NCBI GenBank assembly: GCA_964016885.1
Contig: OZ024754.1
Span: forward strand, 30,504,001-30,568,000
Source of the DNA: Eledone cirrhosa
Lineage: Eukaryota
Reading direction: 5' to 3'
DNA length: 64,000 nt
The notes below the pieces were generated by a model that saw only the letters and a program-made list of their open reading frames with translations, ran no database searches and was not told the origin of the DNA. This document shows, piece by piece, positions 24,239 through 36,550 of this stretch (position 1 is its first letter; every line of letters begins with the position of its first letter). A program made the position numbers and the translations under genes.

Positions 24239-27200
24239 AAGGGTCGCTCTAACGAGGTTGTAGAAATGCTTGAACGTAAGGAGGTCGATGTTTGTTGTAT
24301 TCAAGAGACCAGGTGGAGGGGAGGGTCGGCTAGATTCATCGTGGGTAAAGAGCGATGCTATAAGCTTTTCTGGGTGGGAAATGACAATGGGTTGGGTGGG
24401 GTAGGAATCATGGTAGCAGAAAAGTGGGCAGATAAGATAATAGACGTAAATAGAGTGAACGACAGAATAATTAAAATAAGACTTGTCCTCAATAAAACTA
24501 CGGTGACAGTAATATCTGCGTACGCACCCCAATCCGGACAGCCCCGCGCTATAAAAGACAGATTCTACGAGACACTGATGCTCGCTACCTCCCAAATAAC
24601 CGACAGTGACTATATAGTTATTGCAGGCGACCTAAATGGTCACGTTGGACAACATTGTGACGGCTATGACGGAATCCATGGAGGCTATGGGTTCGGTACT
24701 AGAAATGAGGAAGGCTCCAGAATCCTGGAATTCTGCGACGCAAATAACTTAACTATCTGTAACACTAACTTCAAAAAACGAGACAATCACTTGATCACCT
24801 ATAGATCGGGGGAACACACAAGCCAGGTAGATTATATCCTTACCAGAAGACGTGACAGAGTGTCTGTTGTTAACACTAAATCCCACCCCCATGAAGAATT
24901 CACCTCCCAACATAGACTGATAATTAGCGACCTCATAGTCAGGACGAGACGTACTAGACAGCGAAAGAGGACTATCCTCAGGAGAAAAATATGGAAGCTA
25001 AAGGACCCCATAGCCAGAAATAAATTTCAAAGCAAATTACTTGACGCTTTCGACAGTAAGGAAGAGCAATTAGAGTCGTATAATATAGAGGAACAGTGGG
25101 AATTCCTGAGAGCAAACCTGCTGACGGCGGCAGACGAAGTCTGTGGCTGGAGCAGGCCTGTAGGTAGGAGGAGAGTAACATGGTGGTGGAACAGTAAGGT
25201 GGAGGAGTCAATTAAGGCCAAAAAGCAGGCTTGGAAAGTATGGCGGGATGGGGGAAGTAGAGAAGACTATCAAGTGGCCAGGAGGGAAGCTAGGAGACAA
25301 GTGTACTTCGCAAGAAGGGAAGCAGAGGAAAGAAAGTTCAAGCATGTTCTACAACGTGAGGACCAAAAACGTGAGGTGTTCAGGATTGCCAGGCAATGTG
25401 TCAAGGAAAACCGTGATATTGTCGGGGAGAAGTGTGTACTTAATGATGATGGCATACTTGCCATCACCGACGCTGATAAGAAGGTAGCTTGGAAGTGTCA
25501 CTACGAAAGGCTTCTAAATGAGGAGAACAAATGGGAGAAAGACAGTCTCCCCCAGATCGATCCAATAGAGGGACCAGCAGTGTTAGTTGAAGGTAGTATA
25601 ATAAGTAAGGCAATCAAAGATATGAAGACGGGTAAGGCGGCTGGGCCTTCGGAAATAGTTGCTGAGATGCTGAAGGCATCTGGTTCGGTGGGACACACCA
25701 TGGTCACCCGGATAGTTAACCAAGTCGTACAGAATGGGGTTGTTCCGAAGGAATGGCGTAGCAGCATCATCGTTAACTGCTATAAGGGAAAAGGAGATGC
25801 CCTAGATAGGAGTAACTATAGAGGCATTAAATTAATCGACCAGGTCATGAAGGTCACGGAAAAAGTAATAGCGCAACTAATCAGAGAGAGAATTGATCTA
25901 GATGAAATGCAGTTCGGGTTTGTGTCAGGCAAAAGTACCACAGACGCTCTTTTCATTGTACGACAACTACAGGAGAAGTACCTAGCTAAAAGTAAACCCC
26001 TATACTTAGCTTTTGTCGACTTGGAGAAAGCCTTCGACAGAGTCCCCCGTTCCATTATCTGGTGGTCTCTTAGAAAACTAGGTGTTGACGAATGGCTTGT
26101 GAGAGCTATACAAGCCATGTATAAAGAAACAGTCAGTAAGGTTAGAATTAACAACGAATATAGTGAAGAGTTTAGTGTAAAAGTTGGTGTCCATCAGGGC
26201 TCTGTACTTAGCCCCCTACTATTTATTATTGCCCTTCAGGCTATAACAGAGGAGTTCAAGACCGGCTGCCCATGGGAACTCCTATACGCAGATGATCTAA
26301 CGCTCATAGCTGAATCAATGACCGAACTAGAGAAGAAATTCCAAACGTGGAAGCACGGCCTAGAATCAAAAGGCCTTAAAATTAACCTGGCTAAGACTAA
26401 AGTTCTAGTTTGTAGGAAAGAAAATAAGGCGGCGGTCCCATCGGGGAAATGGCCATGCTCAGTGTGTAGGAAAGGCGTAGGTAGAAACTCCATTTTATGT
26501 CCCAAATGCAAAGTATGGGTGCATAAAAGATGTAGTGGGATCACAGGTAAGCTAACTAAGAACATAGATTTTACATGTGGCCGGTGCTCTGGTGCAATAA
26601 GTAGCAGCAAGTGCCCACAAAATACTAGCTCCTTCAACTGCGCAGAGGGTTCTATAGAAATAGTGGACAGCTTCCGTTATCTGGGTGACAAAATCAGCAG
26701 TGGGGGAGGGTGCTCTGAAAGTACAGTAGCTAGAGTCAGAACTGGATGGAAAAAGTTCAGAGAGCTTATACCACTATTAGCCGCTAGAGGGTTCTCCCTA
26801 AAAATGAAAGGCAGGTTATACGATGCCTGCATACGAACAGCAATGCTGCATGGCAGTGAGACCTGGGCATTGTGTGCAGAGGATATACGCAGACTAGAGA
26901 GGAACGAAGCTTGCATGCTCCGCTGGATGTGCAATAGTAATATACGTGAACGGCAAAGCATAAACGAACTAAGGAAAAAATTAGAAATAAGAGGGATCAG
27001 ATGTTGTTTACTCGAGAGAAGGCTACGTTGGTACGGTCACGTGATGCGCATGAAAGACGACAGCTGTATAACAAAGTGCAGGGCAATAAAGATAGACGGT
27101 AGCCACGGAGTAGGCAGACCCAGAAAAACATGGGACGAGCTGATAAATTCCGACCTCACACGCTTACACCTCTCCAAGACAATGTCACTGGACCGAGACC

Positions 27201-27241
27201 TTTGGCGGTACTCAGTAATAGAGAAGACCCGCCTTACCTAA
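24239..27241 (+). CDS. RTE retrotransposon polyprotein: APE endonuclease, reverse transcriptase, PHD-like Zn finger
   Basis: CIQETRW, SAYAPQ, GDLNGH, QVDYIL, SQHRL (APE); FVDLEKAFD, GVHQGSVLSP, LYADD (RT); C4HC3 cluster. No stops. The first ~45 aa of the track ORF (from 24104) are flanking DNA and the native start is missing. Confidence 0.92.
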   Translation, partial: KGRSNEVVEMLERKEVDVCCIQETRWRGGSARFIVGKERCYKLFWVGNDNGLGGVGIMVAEKWADKIIDVNRVNDRIIKIRLVLNKTTVTVISAYAPQSGQPRAIKDRFYETLMLATSQITDSDYIVIAGDLNGHVGQHCDGYDGIHGGYGFGTRNEEGSRILEFCDANNLTICNTNFKKRDNHLITYRSGEHTSQVDYILTRRRDRVSVVNTKSHPHEEFTSQHRLIISDLIVRTRRTRQRKRTILRRKIWKLKDPIARNKFQSKLLDAFDSKEEQLESYNIEEQWEFLRANLLTAADEVCGWSRPVGRRRVTWWWNSKVEESIKAKKQAWKVWRDGGSREDYQVARREARRQVYFARREAEERKFKHVLQREDQKREVFRIARQCVKENRDIVGEKCVLNDDGILAITDADKKVAWKCHYERLLNEENKWEKDSLPQIDPIEGPAVLVEGSIISKAIKDMKTGKAAGPSEIVAEMLKASGSVGHTMVTRIVNQVVQNGVVPKEWRSSIIVNCYKGKGDALDRSNYRGIKLIDQVMKVTEKVIAQLIRERIDLDEMQFGFVSGKSTTDALFIVRQLQEKYLAKSKPLYLAFVDLEKAFDRVPRSIIWWSLRKLGVDEWLVRAIQAMYKETVSKVRINNEYSEEFSVKVGVHQGSVLSPLLFIIALQAITEEFKTGCPWELLYADDLTLIAESMTELEKKFQTWKHGLESKGLKINLAKTKVLVCRKENKAAVPSGKWPCSVCRKGVGRNSILCPKCKVWVHKRCSGITGKLTKNIDFTCGRCSGAISSSKCPQNTSSFNCAEGSIEIVDSFRYLGDKISSGGGCSESTVARVRTGWKKFRELIPLLAARGFSLKMKGRLYDACIRTAMLHGSETWALCAEDIRRLERNEACMLRWMCNSNIRERQSINELRKKLEIRGIRCCLLERRLRWYGHVMRMKDDSCITKCRAIKIDGSHGVGRPRKTWDELINSDLTRLHLSKTMSLDRDLWRYSVIEKTRLT

Positions 27242-27751
27242 ATACAAAGTAAAAACCTACTACAGTCAGTAGGCACCTCTATCAAAACACACCCCCGTCC
27301 CACCACCTCCACCCCACCCACACCGCCCCTTTCAATGTAAAGTTATGTTGGTCCCACAACATCCAGGCCGAAACAAATGAGATCGTGTAGGTGTCACGAC
27401 AAAAAACACACAGTCCACGCTGTAAATGTGGCCGTGTAGGCAACACGGTAAAAACCTCCCAGCCCCACACTGTAAATGTGGTTGGTGTTAGGAAGGGCAT
27501 CCAGCTGTAGAAAACCCGCCAGACAGTCCACGCTGTAATGTGGCCGTGTAGGCAACACGGTAAAAACCTCCCAGCCCCACACTGTAAATGTGGTTGGTGT
27601 TAGGAAGGGCATCCAACTGTAGAAAACCCGCCAGACAGTCCTATGCGAGCAAGACAACCACTCTTGCTTCAAGTGGGAAAACCCCCGTCCAAACCCATGC
27701 AAGCGTGGAACACGGACGCTAAACCTGATGATGATGATGATGATGATGATG
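24239..27751 (+). mobile_element. RTE-clade LINE family A, slightly 5'-truncated
   Basis: Single APE+RT ORF, ~500-bp 3' UTR with a 112-113 bp tandem duplication, (TGA)n tail. Confidence 0.97.
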
Positions 27752-27969
27752 ATATAAATAATTATATATTAAATTATTTGACAGAGATAGAATAAGATAA
27801 GTTGAAAAATTGTCAATCCCCTTCTTTCGATGTTTATTTATATATATATAGATATATGTACTAATGTCTGTTTGTATTCATATAGCTGTTAATATATATA
27901 TGTATGTTGTGTAGATGCATATATTCATAACAGAAAATTGATCATATAGAATAATCGTGTTTAAAATAA

Positions 27970-30900
27970 CAGGGGCTAGGAAATCACCATTTTCATCCCA
28001 TCCACCCACCCTATATCTATCACCTTCCGGTATGCATTCCTGTACACTAAACACTCATGCACATAGCACGTTAAACGAAGTTCCGCTCAGTGCAGACACA
28101 GTGCGGACAGAGGCTCTGTAAGCCATAGAGTAGGCAACCCGTCTAGGAGAGCTACAACTCCGAATAAATTGGTGCAGGGTAGAGAAGTCCCCTAAGTCCA
28201 GTAAGACAACTTCCCTAGTGCTGGTGGCATGAATAAAAGCACCCAGTCCATGCTGTAAAGTGGTGCTGGGGTTGGGAAGGGCATCCAATCAGTATATACT
28301 AATGTCAAAAACTATGAACACAACAAATGAGAATTGCAACACCTGCGTAAACAGCAATAACACTAACCATGTTAGGGTTGCGCACGGTAGTGGGGTGGCT
28401 GGTGCGAGAACCCCCGACCATCATCAAGCAATCGCACAACAGGAACAAGAACAAGAATAGGAAGACGTCACATCTCAGAGTTGCTACACTTAATGTTGGC
28501 AATCTAACAGGTAGATCTGGTGAGATAGTGGAGATGCTGGAGAGAAGACATGTGGATGTGTGCTGCGTGCAAGAGGTGAGATGGAGAGGTGCCTGTGCAA
28601 GACTAATCGCAGGCAAACATCTTAGTTATAAGCTTTTCTGGGTAGGTAATGATGATGGGTTAGGTGGGGGTAGGCATTTTACTGGAGAGATGGATCGATA
28701 AGACAATAGAGGTAGTTAGAGCTAGTAATAGAATAATTAAGCTTAGATTAGTTGTAGGCAAGAGACTGCTGACAATCATCTCTGCCTATGCTCTCCAGGC
28801 AGGCCTAGGTAAAGATGAGAAAGACTGCTTTTATGAGCAACTTTTACAAACAGCCTCAATGACAGAGGTCAGAGACATCGTTATGCTAGCAGGGGACTTC
28901 AATGGACATGTTGAACAGCTCCAGGATGGATACACTGGGGTACATGGTTGGCACGATTATGGCTCAAGAAATGAAGGAGTGAGGTTTCTTGAATTTTGTG
29001 ATGCAAGTGCACTAACCATTTGCAACACTAACTTCAAGAAACCTACCAACCACCTAATAACCTACAAATCAGGTGAGCACATAAGCCACATTGACTTCTT
29101 GCTAGTTAGGCAGTGAGACAGACAGATGGTGTCAAATACTAAGGCATACCTCGGGGAAGACTGTACCCCCCAGCATAGGTTAGTCGTTAGTGACATCTCA
29201 ATAAGCAAGAGACAAAATGAGACATACAGGAAGGTGTGGAAAAGGAAGGTCTGGAAGCTAAAAGACCTTTCACTAAAACTGGAATTTCTTATGTGACAAC
29301 TTACTGCAGGCTACTGAAGAAACTTGTGGCTGAAGCAGAGCTCCAACAGACAGAGAGTGACCTCATGGTGGAACAGCACAGTAGATAGGGCCATTAGAGA
29401 CAAAAGACTAGCATGGAATGTTTGGAAAAATGGTGGGAGTAGAGAAGGATACAAAGCCACTAACAGAGAAGCTAGACATTAGGTGTACATAGCACGCAGG
29501 GAGGCTGAGAGTAGGAGGTTTGCCAATGTTCTATGATGGGAAGATCAGAGACGTGTGGTGTTCCGCATTGCAAGGCAGTGTGTCAGTGCAAATCAGGATG
29601 TTGTTGGAGATGTGCATCCGGAATGATGCTGGTGTACTTAGTGTCACAAATGATCAGAAAAAGGAGGTCTGGAAATGTCATTGTGAGAGACTGATGAATG
29701 TGGAGAACGAATGGGAGAGAGAGAAATTACCCCCAGTAGACCCGACAGAGGGACCAGCTATTGAGATTGGGGAACATAGGGTCCAAGAAGCATTAAAAAT
29801 GGTAAGGCCGCTGGACCATCGAGGATAGTTGCTGAGATGCTGAAGTCATCAGGAGAAGAAGGCACTAAACTGGTTGCACGCATCATCAATCAGGCTATAT
29901 ATGGCGGTGTCATACCCAAAGACTGGTGCAGCAGTATTCTCATAAATTGCTACAAAGGTAAAGGGGATGCTCTGGAGAGGAGCAATTATAGGGGCATAAA
30001 GCTGATGGATCAGGTTATGACAGTGGCAGAGAGAATATTAGCACAACTGATTAGAGAAAGGGTCAAATTAGATGAGATGCAGTTTGGTTTTGTGCCTGGG
30101 AAAAGTACAACATATGCCCTCTTCTTAGTGAGACAACTACAAGAGAGGTTCTTAGAGAAGAATAAGCCACTACACTTAGCTTTTGTTGACCTAGAGAAGG
30201 CCTTTGATAGGGTACCCTGATCTGTCATCTGGTGGTCCCTAAGGAAACTAGGTGTAGAGGAATGGCTTGTGAGGACAATGCAAGCTATGTACAGAGGTGC
30301 TGTCAGTAAAGTGAGAGTAGGAATGGAGTTTAGTGAGGAATTCCAGATACAAGTAGGAGTACATCAGGGTTCGGTCCTCAGCCCGCTCTTGTTCATTATA
30401 GTCCTCCAAGCCATAACAGAGGAGTTTAAGACTGGCTACCCATGGGAACTTCTCTATGCTGATGATCTGGTTTTTATAGCAGAATCAGTAGAGGAGCTAG
30501 AGAAGAAATTCTGGCTATGGAAACAGCAGTTGGAATCAAGAGGACTGAGAATGAACATAGCTAAGACAAAAGTGTTGATAAGTAGAAGAGAGGACAAAAC
30601 TCTGATTCCGTCAGAGAAATGGCCATGTTCGATATGTAGGAAAGGAACTGGCATAAATTCCATAAAATGTATGCAATGCAGATCTTGGGTACACAAGAGA
30701 TGTAGTGGGATAGCAGGCAAACTAACAGGTAGGGAAAACTACGTATGCAGTAGATGTACAGGGTAAGTTGACAGTAGTAATCGGAATGAGAGACACATCT
30801 TTCAAATGCAGGTGGGTTCTATAGAAATGGTTGATAGCTTCCGGCAACTAGGTGATCAGATTAGCATAGGAAGGGAGGTGTTCCGAGGCCATAGTATCTA

Positions 30901-31452
30901 GAATAGGGAAGGGCTGGAAGAAGTTTAGGGAGCTGCTTCCTCTGTTGACAAAGAAGGGTTTCTCCCTGTGTATGAAAGGCCGGTTATATGATTCCTGTGT
31001 GAGATGCGCGATGCTGCATGGTAGTGAGACATGGGCAGCAACTACAGAGGATATGCGACGGCTGGAGAGAAATGAAGCAAGCATGCTCCGTTGGCTGTGC
31101 AATGTCAATGTGCGTGAATGACCAAGCATAGATGAGTTGAGAGAGAAACTGTGTTTGAGAGGGATAATTTATGGTGTGCGGGAGAGAATACTGAGATGGT
31201 ATGGTCATGTGATATGCATGGAGGATGACCACTGGGTAAATAAGTGCCAAGAAATCCCAGTAGAAAGAAGACGCAGTAGAGGAAGACCACGAAAAACATG
31301 GGCAGAGGTGGTGAGACAGACTTCAGATCGCTAAAGCTCACAGAGGAGATGACGAAGGACTATGACAAATGGAGAAATGCTGTGCTGAATAGGACCTCTC
31401 CAACCCTTGCAAGCAGGGAAAAGCGGACGTAAAATAATGATGATGATGATGA
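27970..31452 (+). mobile_element. RTE-clade LINE family B, near full-length, inactivated (5' boundary uncertain)
   Basis: 5' UTR with ggcaacccgtctaggaga motif; fragmented ORF; tail cccttgcaagcagggaaaagcggacgtaaaa(tga)n. Confidence 0.93.
28369..31433 (+). pseudogene. Disrupted RTE APE-RT ORF
   Basis: LRVATLNVGNLTGR, CVQEVRW, GDFNGH, FVDLEKAFD, LYADD split over at least 6 ORFs by frameshifts and stops. Confidence 0.93.
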
Positions 31453-31635
31453 ATATATAAATAATTAATTTAATTACAACAACAGGAGGGCAGACTGGCG
31501 AGATCCTTTTAAAGTTTTAGTGTTGCAAAAATCACTATATATATTTCAGTGGCCTGGTTACATAACACCCTGGAGGAATGACCAGTTCTATCCATTGGTG
31601 AACCACAAAATATAACTATATATATATATATATAC

Positions 31636-31681
<46 letters not shown>

Positions 31682-31682
31682 G

Positions 31683-31764
<82 letters not shown>

Positions 31765-31795
31765 TATACATAAATATATATGTATATATACATAT

Positions 31796-31839
<44 letters not shown>

Positions 31840-31927
31840 GTATATGCCTGTATATACATATCAATAACTGTGTATATGTGTATCTACCCATATAAACATG
31901 TATTCTTACACCAATCATTCAATTTAC

Positions 31928-32085
31928 CAATTATCAACATATAGTGTTTCCAAACCACTCAGCAGTGAAGAATCAGGAATGACATCTATCTTGGAGGTGG
32001 AGAAGTTCTGTGAAAATGTCTTCTCTCTGTTCCACACCAAATGTCCTTCACTATCAACATCACATTTTGAACTTAACTCTCTGTC
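31928..32085 (-). CDS. Possible host-gene internal exon (unidentified protein)
   Basis: ttatttctgacag|GAC...AAT TG|gtaaat; 158 nt open frame DRELSSKCDVDSEGHLVWNREKTFSQNFSTSKIDVIPDSSLLSGLETLYVDN; non-repetitive, no recognisable homology. Confidence 0.25.
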
Positions 32086-32245
32086 CTGTCAGAAATAATT
32101 ACCCCAAACTACCTTATCCACACCAAATACACCTGTAACTACAATACTTATTAACTCCTCAACTTACAAATTTATCAATTAACATAGCAAGAATAAACTA
32201 AAAACAAAAAACAAACACATATCATTCTTATTAATAACAATGCAA

Positions 32246-33240
32246 AACGGCAGTAGATTGGCAGTATCGGTAGAGCGCCGGACACCATGCTTTGCGGCAT
32301 AGAGTTGCGGCCCTTTACGACCGGAGTTCAAATCCGGCTGAGGTTAGCTTTGCCTTTCATCCTTATGGGGTCAATTAAATAAGTACCAGTAATGCACTGA
32401 GGTCGGTTTAATTGACTTTTCCCTCCCCTTAAATTTGTTGGCCTTGTGCCTAAATTAGAAACAAGTATTTGTTTTAGCCCCTTACATTCTGAATTCAAAT
32501 CCTGCTGAGGTCAGCTTTACCTTTTGTCCTTCTAGGATCAATAAAATAAAGTACTTAGCACCAATTTGACTGATTTTACTCTCCCTCAAAATTGCTAGCC
32601 TTGTGTGATTTAACTTAATTGGATGTTTGGTTTAACACTACCAGTTGAGCCTTGTATATCTTTAGCAGAAACATGAGACTGTAGACCAAAAGCACCCCTC
32701 AAATATTGCAGAATACAGTTGGCAGTGCCAGCCTGGTAGATCTTGTTCTGGTTCTTTTTCTTTTTTATTTTATTAACCCCGGATGAAAGGCATGGCTAAC
32801 CTCAGCGGGATTTGAACTCAGAATGTAAAGGCATGGAACAAATAATGGTTTCTGATTTTAGGCACAAGGCCAACAGGGAAAAGTCAATTAAATCGACCCC
32901 AATGCATTACCCATATTTTATTTTATTTACCCCATAAGGATGAAAGGAAAAGCTAACCTTGGTATGTAAAGGGCTGTAATTCTATGCCACAAATTACTTC
33001 CAATCCACTGCCAATCCACCAATAAAGGTAACCATTTATCAAACACTGTAATAATTATTTCTACTTTTGGCACAAGGCCAGAAATTACCCAGTGCATTAC
33101 TGGTACTTTATATTATCAACCCTTTAAGGATGAAAGGCAAAGTTAACCTCAGCGGGATTTGAATTCAGAACGCAAAGGGTCATAACTCTATGCTACAAAG
33201 CATGGCGTCTGACGCTCTACCAATACTGTCAATCCACCGA
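32246..33240. mobile_element. Cluster of ~5 SINE family B copies in both orientations
   Basis: Plus: 32246-32465, 32475-32606. Minus: 32765-32845, 32846-33020, 33055-33239. Confidence 0.85.
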
Positions 33241-33587
33241 TATTACAAACACTGCAATAATGTCTGCTAATTTTCCACCCTTTCTCTTTTTGATCAGATT
33301 GATTCTACAACTTTTAGTCCTGTCTTTAAAGTTATCCTCCGTTTTGTTTTCTTGTAAAAAGCTCTTTTTTACCCAGGCTATCTTCCTACCCAGTTCTGCT
33401 ATAATTCTTGCTGTAACTTGGCACAAAATACTCTGCTGTTTACATGGAAATATAAAAGTAGATTAACTTAGATAAATCGTTCATGTTTTTATATATTTAT
33501 TATATTTCCCTCAGTGTTGACTTGAATAAATGTTTTAGAAACCAGCATTGAAAACTATTTTTTTCTAGCTTGTACAGTTGGAATTTA

Positions 33588-34110
33588 AACACACATACTC
33601 TCTCTGTCTCACACACACACATGCACAGACACTCATAAACATATACACACTCTCACATACACATATATACTTTACAAATGCATGAATAAAAGTACGTATA
33701 TTTATAGACCCACACATACACGTACACACTTATACACCTACAAACACACAGACACTGACTCACAGACACCCACAGGCACATACTAACACACACACATAGA
33801 CACTCACTCATAAACACAGACATACACATGTTTGTACACACGGACACATACTCACACACACACACACTCATACACACACAGACACTCACTCATACACCCA
33901 GACACACAAGTTCACACACATAGTGATACACATGTTCGTACACACAGACACATACTGACACACACACATGTTCACAGACATACACATGGTCGCACACACA
34001 TACTCACACAACCACACAGACATACACATGTTCACCCACACAGACACACACATGTTCCCCCACACAGACACACACATATTCACAGACACAGACATAAGAC
34101 ACTCACTCAA
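33588..34110. repeat. Degenerate (CA)n repeat
   Basis: cacacagacatacacatgttc-type units. Confidence 0.85.
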
Positions 34111-34413
34111 TGACAAAATAATTTGTTCGGAACATTATCCTAAATGCTTTTTTTAAAATATTTTTATTTCTATTAAAAAGAAAAAACACAAAAAGACAAA
34201 ACCAAAATCTTGAAGGAATCATTATTTCTATTTTAGTTTGATGCAGAACTGTAAATAGAATTCTCTCAGATGATACAGAATAAACAGCAGAAGAAATTAA
34301 TAATTTTAATTGAGACAGCTCTAAAAAATCATCCTCCACCCGTATGATATATCTAAAGAAAAACATCATTTAGAATTTCTAAATAATTTTGAAAATAATC
34401 ATTAATTTAAAAC

Positions 34414-34444
<31 letters not shown>

Positions 34445-34717
34445 CAAGCAGAGGGGAAATGAGGTTCCTTTGGAGTAATGGTACTTGATAGTGTGTGTAG
34501 AGATCAGAGAGTTTCTCCAGGTAGAGCTGCTACTTGTTTGAATTGAGAGATCAGAGCTATGTCATTACATGCATCGGGTTAGAATACATATGGCTGAAAT
34601 AGGGTTCCTCTGAAGGGCCTTTGGGGTTATGTTACCTGATAGAGTATGTAGCTCAGAGATTAGAGAGTCACTCCAGGTAGAGCCACTTCTCTGAATTGAG
34701 AGATCATAGGTTGTCTT

Positions 34718-34958
34718 AAAGTCAACTTAAGGCAATTTCAGAGGGATAAATTGCCTCAAATACAACATAAAGCAATTTATTCGTGAGATGAATTGCCTCA
34801 AAGTCAACATATGGCAATTTATTCGTGAGATGAATTGCCTCAAAGTCAACACATGGTAATTTATTCGTGAGATGAATTGCCTCAAAGTCAACATATGGCA
34901 ATTTATTAGGGAGGTAAATTGCCTCAAAGTCAACACAAGGCAATTTATTAGGGAGGAC
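34718..34958. repeat. 42-bp minisatellite, ~5.5 copies
   Basis: aattgcctcaaagtcaacatatggcaatttattcgtgagatg. Confidence 0.9.
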
Positions 34959-35395
34959 ATACAACAATTTCTGTGGACAGTGGGCAGTGATTTATGGAGG
35001 AAATTGTCTCTCACTCTCTTTCTCTTGCTCTCTCACCCCCTCTCTCTCACCCTCTCTTTCTCTCTCTCACTCTTTCTTTCTCTTTTTCATCTCACTTTGA
35101 TTTATACATTATGGCAGATACTTTAGCTAAAGTAATTACTGCTCAGTGTTATACTGCTATATTAGTGTGTGTGTGTATGTGTGTGTGAGTCTGTGTTTGT
35201 ATATATATTTGTGTGTGTCTGTCTGTGTGTGTATGTGTATGTGGATGTATATGAATGTGAGAATGCATACGTACACATATGTATGTGTGTTTGTATGTGT
35301 ATTTGTTTTGTGTCTATGTACACGTCTGTATGTGAGCAGGTGCCAAATTACAATCATAAATTATGAACCATGTTCACCAGTTTTAATTTCTAGGT

Positions 35396-35496
35396 ATCAT
35401 CATCATCATCACCATCACTCCACCACCACCATCATCATCATCATCATCATCATCATCACCATCACCCCACCATCATCATCATCACCATCACCCCAC

Positions 35497-35531
<35 letters not shown>

Positions 35532-35591
35532 CAACAACCACCACCATCATCATCATCACCACCACCATCACCACCATCAACACCATCACCA

Positions 35592-35629
<38 letters not shown>

Positions 35630-35630
35630 G
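35396..35630. repeat. (CAT/CAC)n repeat
   Basis: Trinucleotide run, adjoining a minus-strand RTE-type tail. Confidence 0.9.
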
Positions 35631-35934
35631 TCAACATTTTATGTCAGTTTTTCATACCAGCATGGGCCAGCTTTGTCTATATCAGTCTTTTGTTATTCAG
35701 GACACACAGTAAAAACCGAAGCTACCAGTCTATTTGGTTGTGTTCCACATTTGGGATGTTTATTTTCATAGTCGGAACCCTTTTGCATCCCCAACCACTT
35801 TATGATTTCAACTGGGTGCAGGTGTACAGGAGTGGTGGTGTGCTGGTGTGTAGGGGTGCAGAGGTCCAGGTGTACAGGGGTGCAGGTGTACAGAGGTGCA
35901 GAGGTGGAGGTGTGTAGTTGTGCAGGAGTTCAGG

Positions 35935-36083
35935 CAAATTGAGATGGATGACACTATATCTAGCAAACATACAGGAGTAGTCAGCAATAAGAGCACACAT
36001 GAAATAAATTCTGGCTCCATAGAAGTAGCTGATAGCTTCTATTACCTATGTGATCTAATTAGCTGTGGAGGTAAATGTTCCAA
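35935..36083 (+). mobile_element. RTE internal fragment
   Basis: GSIEVADSFYYLCDLISCGGKCS matches GSIEIVDSFRYLGDKISSGGGCS of RTE-A. Confidence 0.7.
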
Positions 36084-36187
36084 ACCAGGGCTGGATTTGA
36101 CCTGCTCAGGCCCTAAGCTATATGAAATTTGCAGTCCTACTCTAAAATAATTTAAGTAAAAAATTACATTATTATTTTTTTATATTA

Positions 36188-36305
36188 ATGAGTTCAAATC
36201 CCGCCGAGGTTGACTTTGCCTTTCATCCTTACGGGGTCGATAAAATAAAGTACCAGTAATGCACTGGGTAATTGCTGGCCTTGTGCCTAAAGTAGAAACA
36301 ATTAT
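36188..36305 (+). mobile_element. SINE family B 3' part
   Basis: gagttcaaatcccgccgaggttgactttgcc...agtagaaacaatt. Confidence 0.9.
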
Positions 36306-36331
36306 TTTTTATATTAATGTTAATGATAAAG

Positions 36332-36438
<107 letters not shown>

Positions 36439-36455
36439 TGTATATATAATATATG

Positions 36456-36550
36456 ATAATATTCGATTCGTTTGCAATTATGCAAACCTCCTCTTTTAAG
36501 CCATGTCTTAAAGAGGCTGTTTGCATAATTGCAAATGAATCGAATATTAT
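36456..36550. repeat. ~95-bp palindrome upstream of the Penelope ORF
   Basis: ataatattcgattcgtttgcaattatgcaaac / gtttgcataattgcaaatgaatcgaatattat with inner cctcttttaag / cttaaagagg. Confidence 0.85.

Noticed and set aside
33229-33466. Short ORFs as host exons
   Set aside because: RIIAELGRKIAWVKKSF resembles a decayed LINE RT C-terminal motif.
34103-34369. Minus-strand ORF with a good acceptor (RYIIRVEDDFLELSQL...)
   Set aside because: No convincing donor, and phase incompatible with the candidate exon at 31928-32085.
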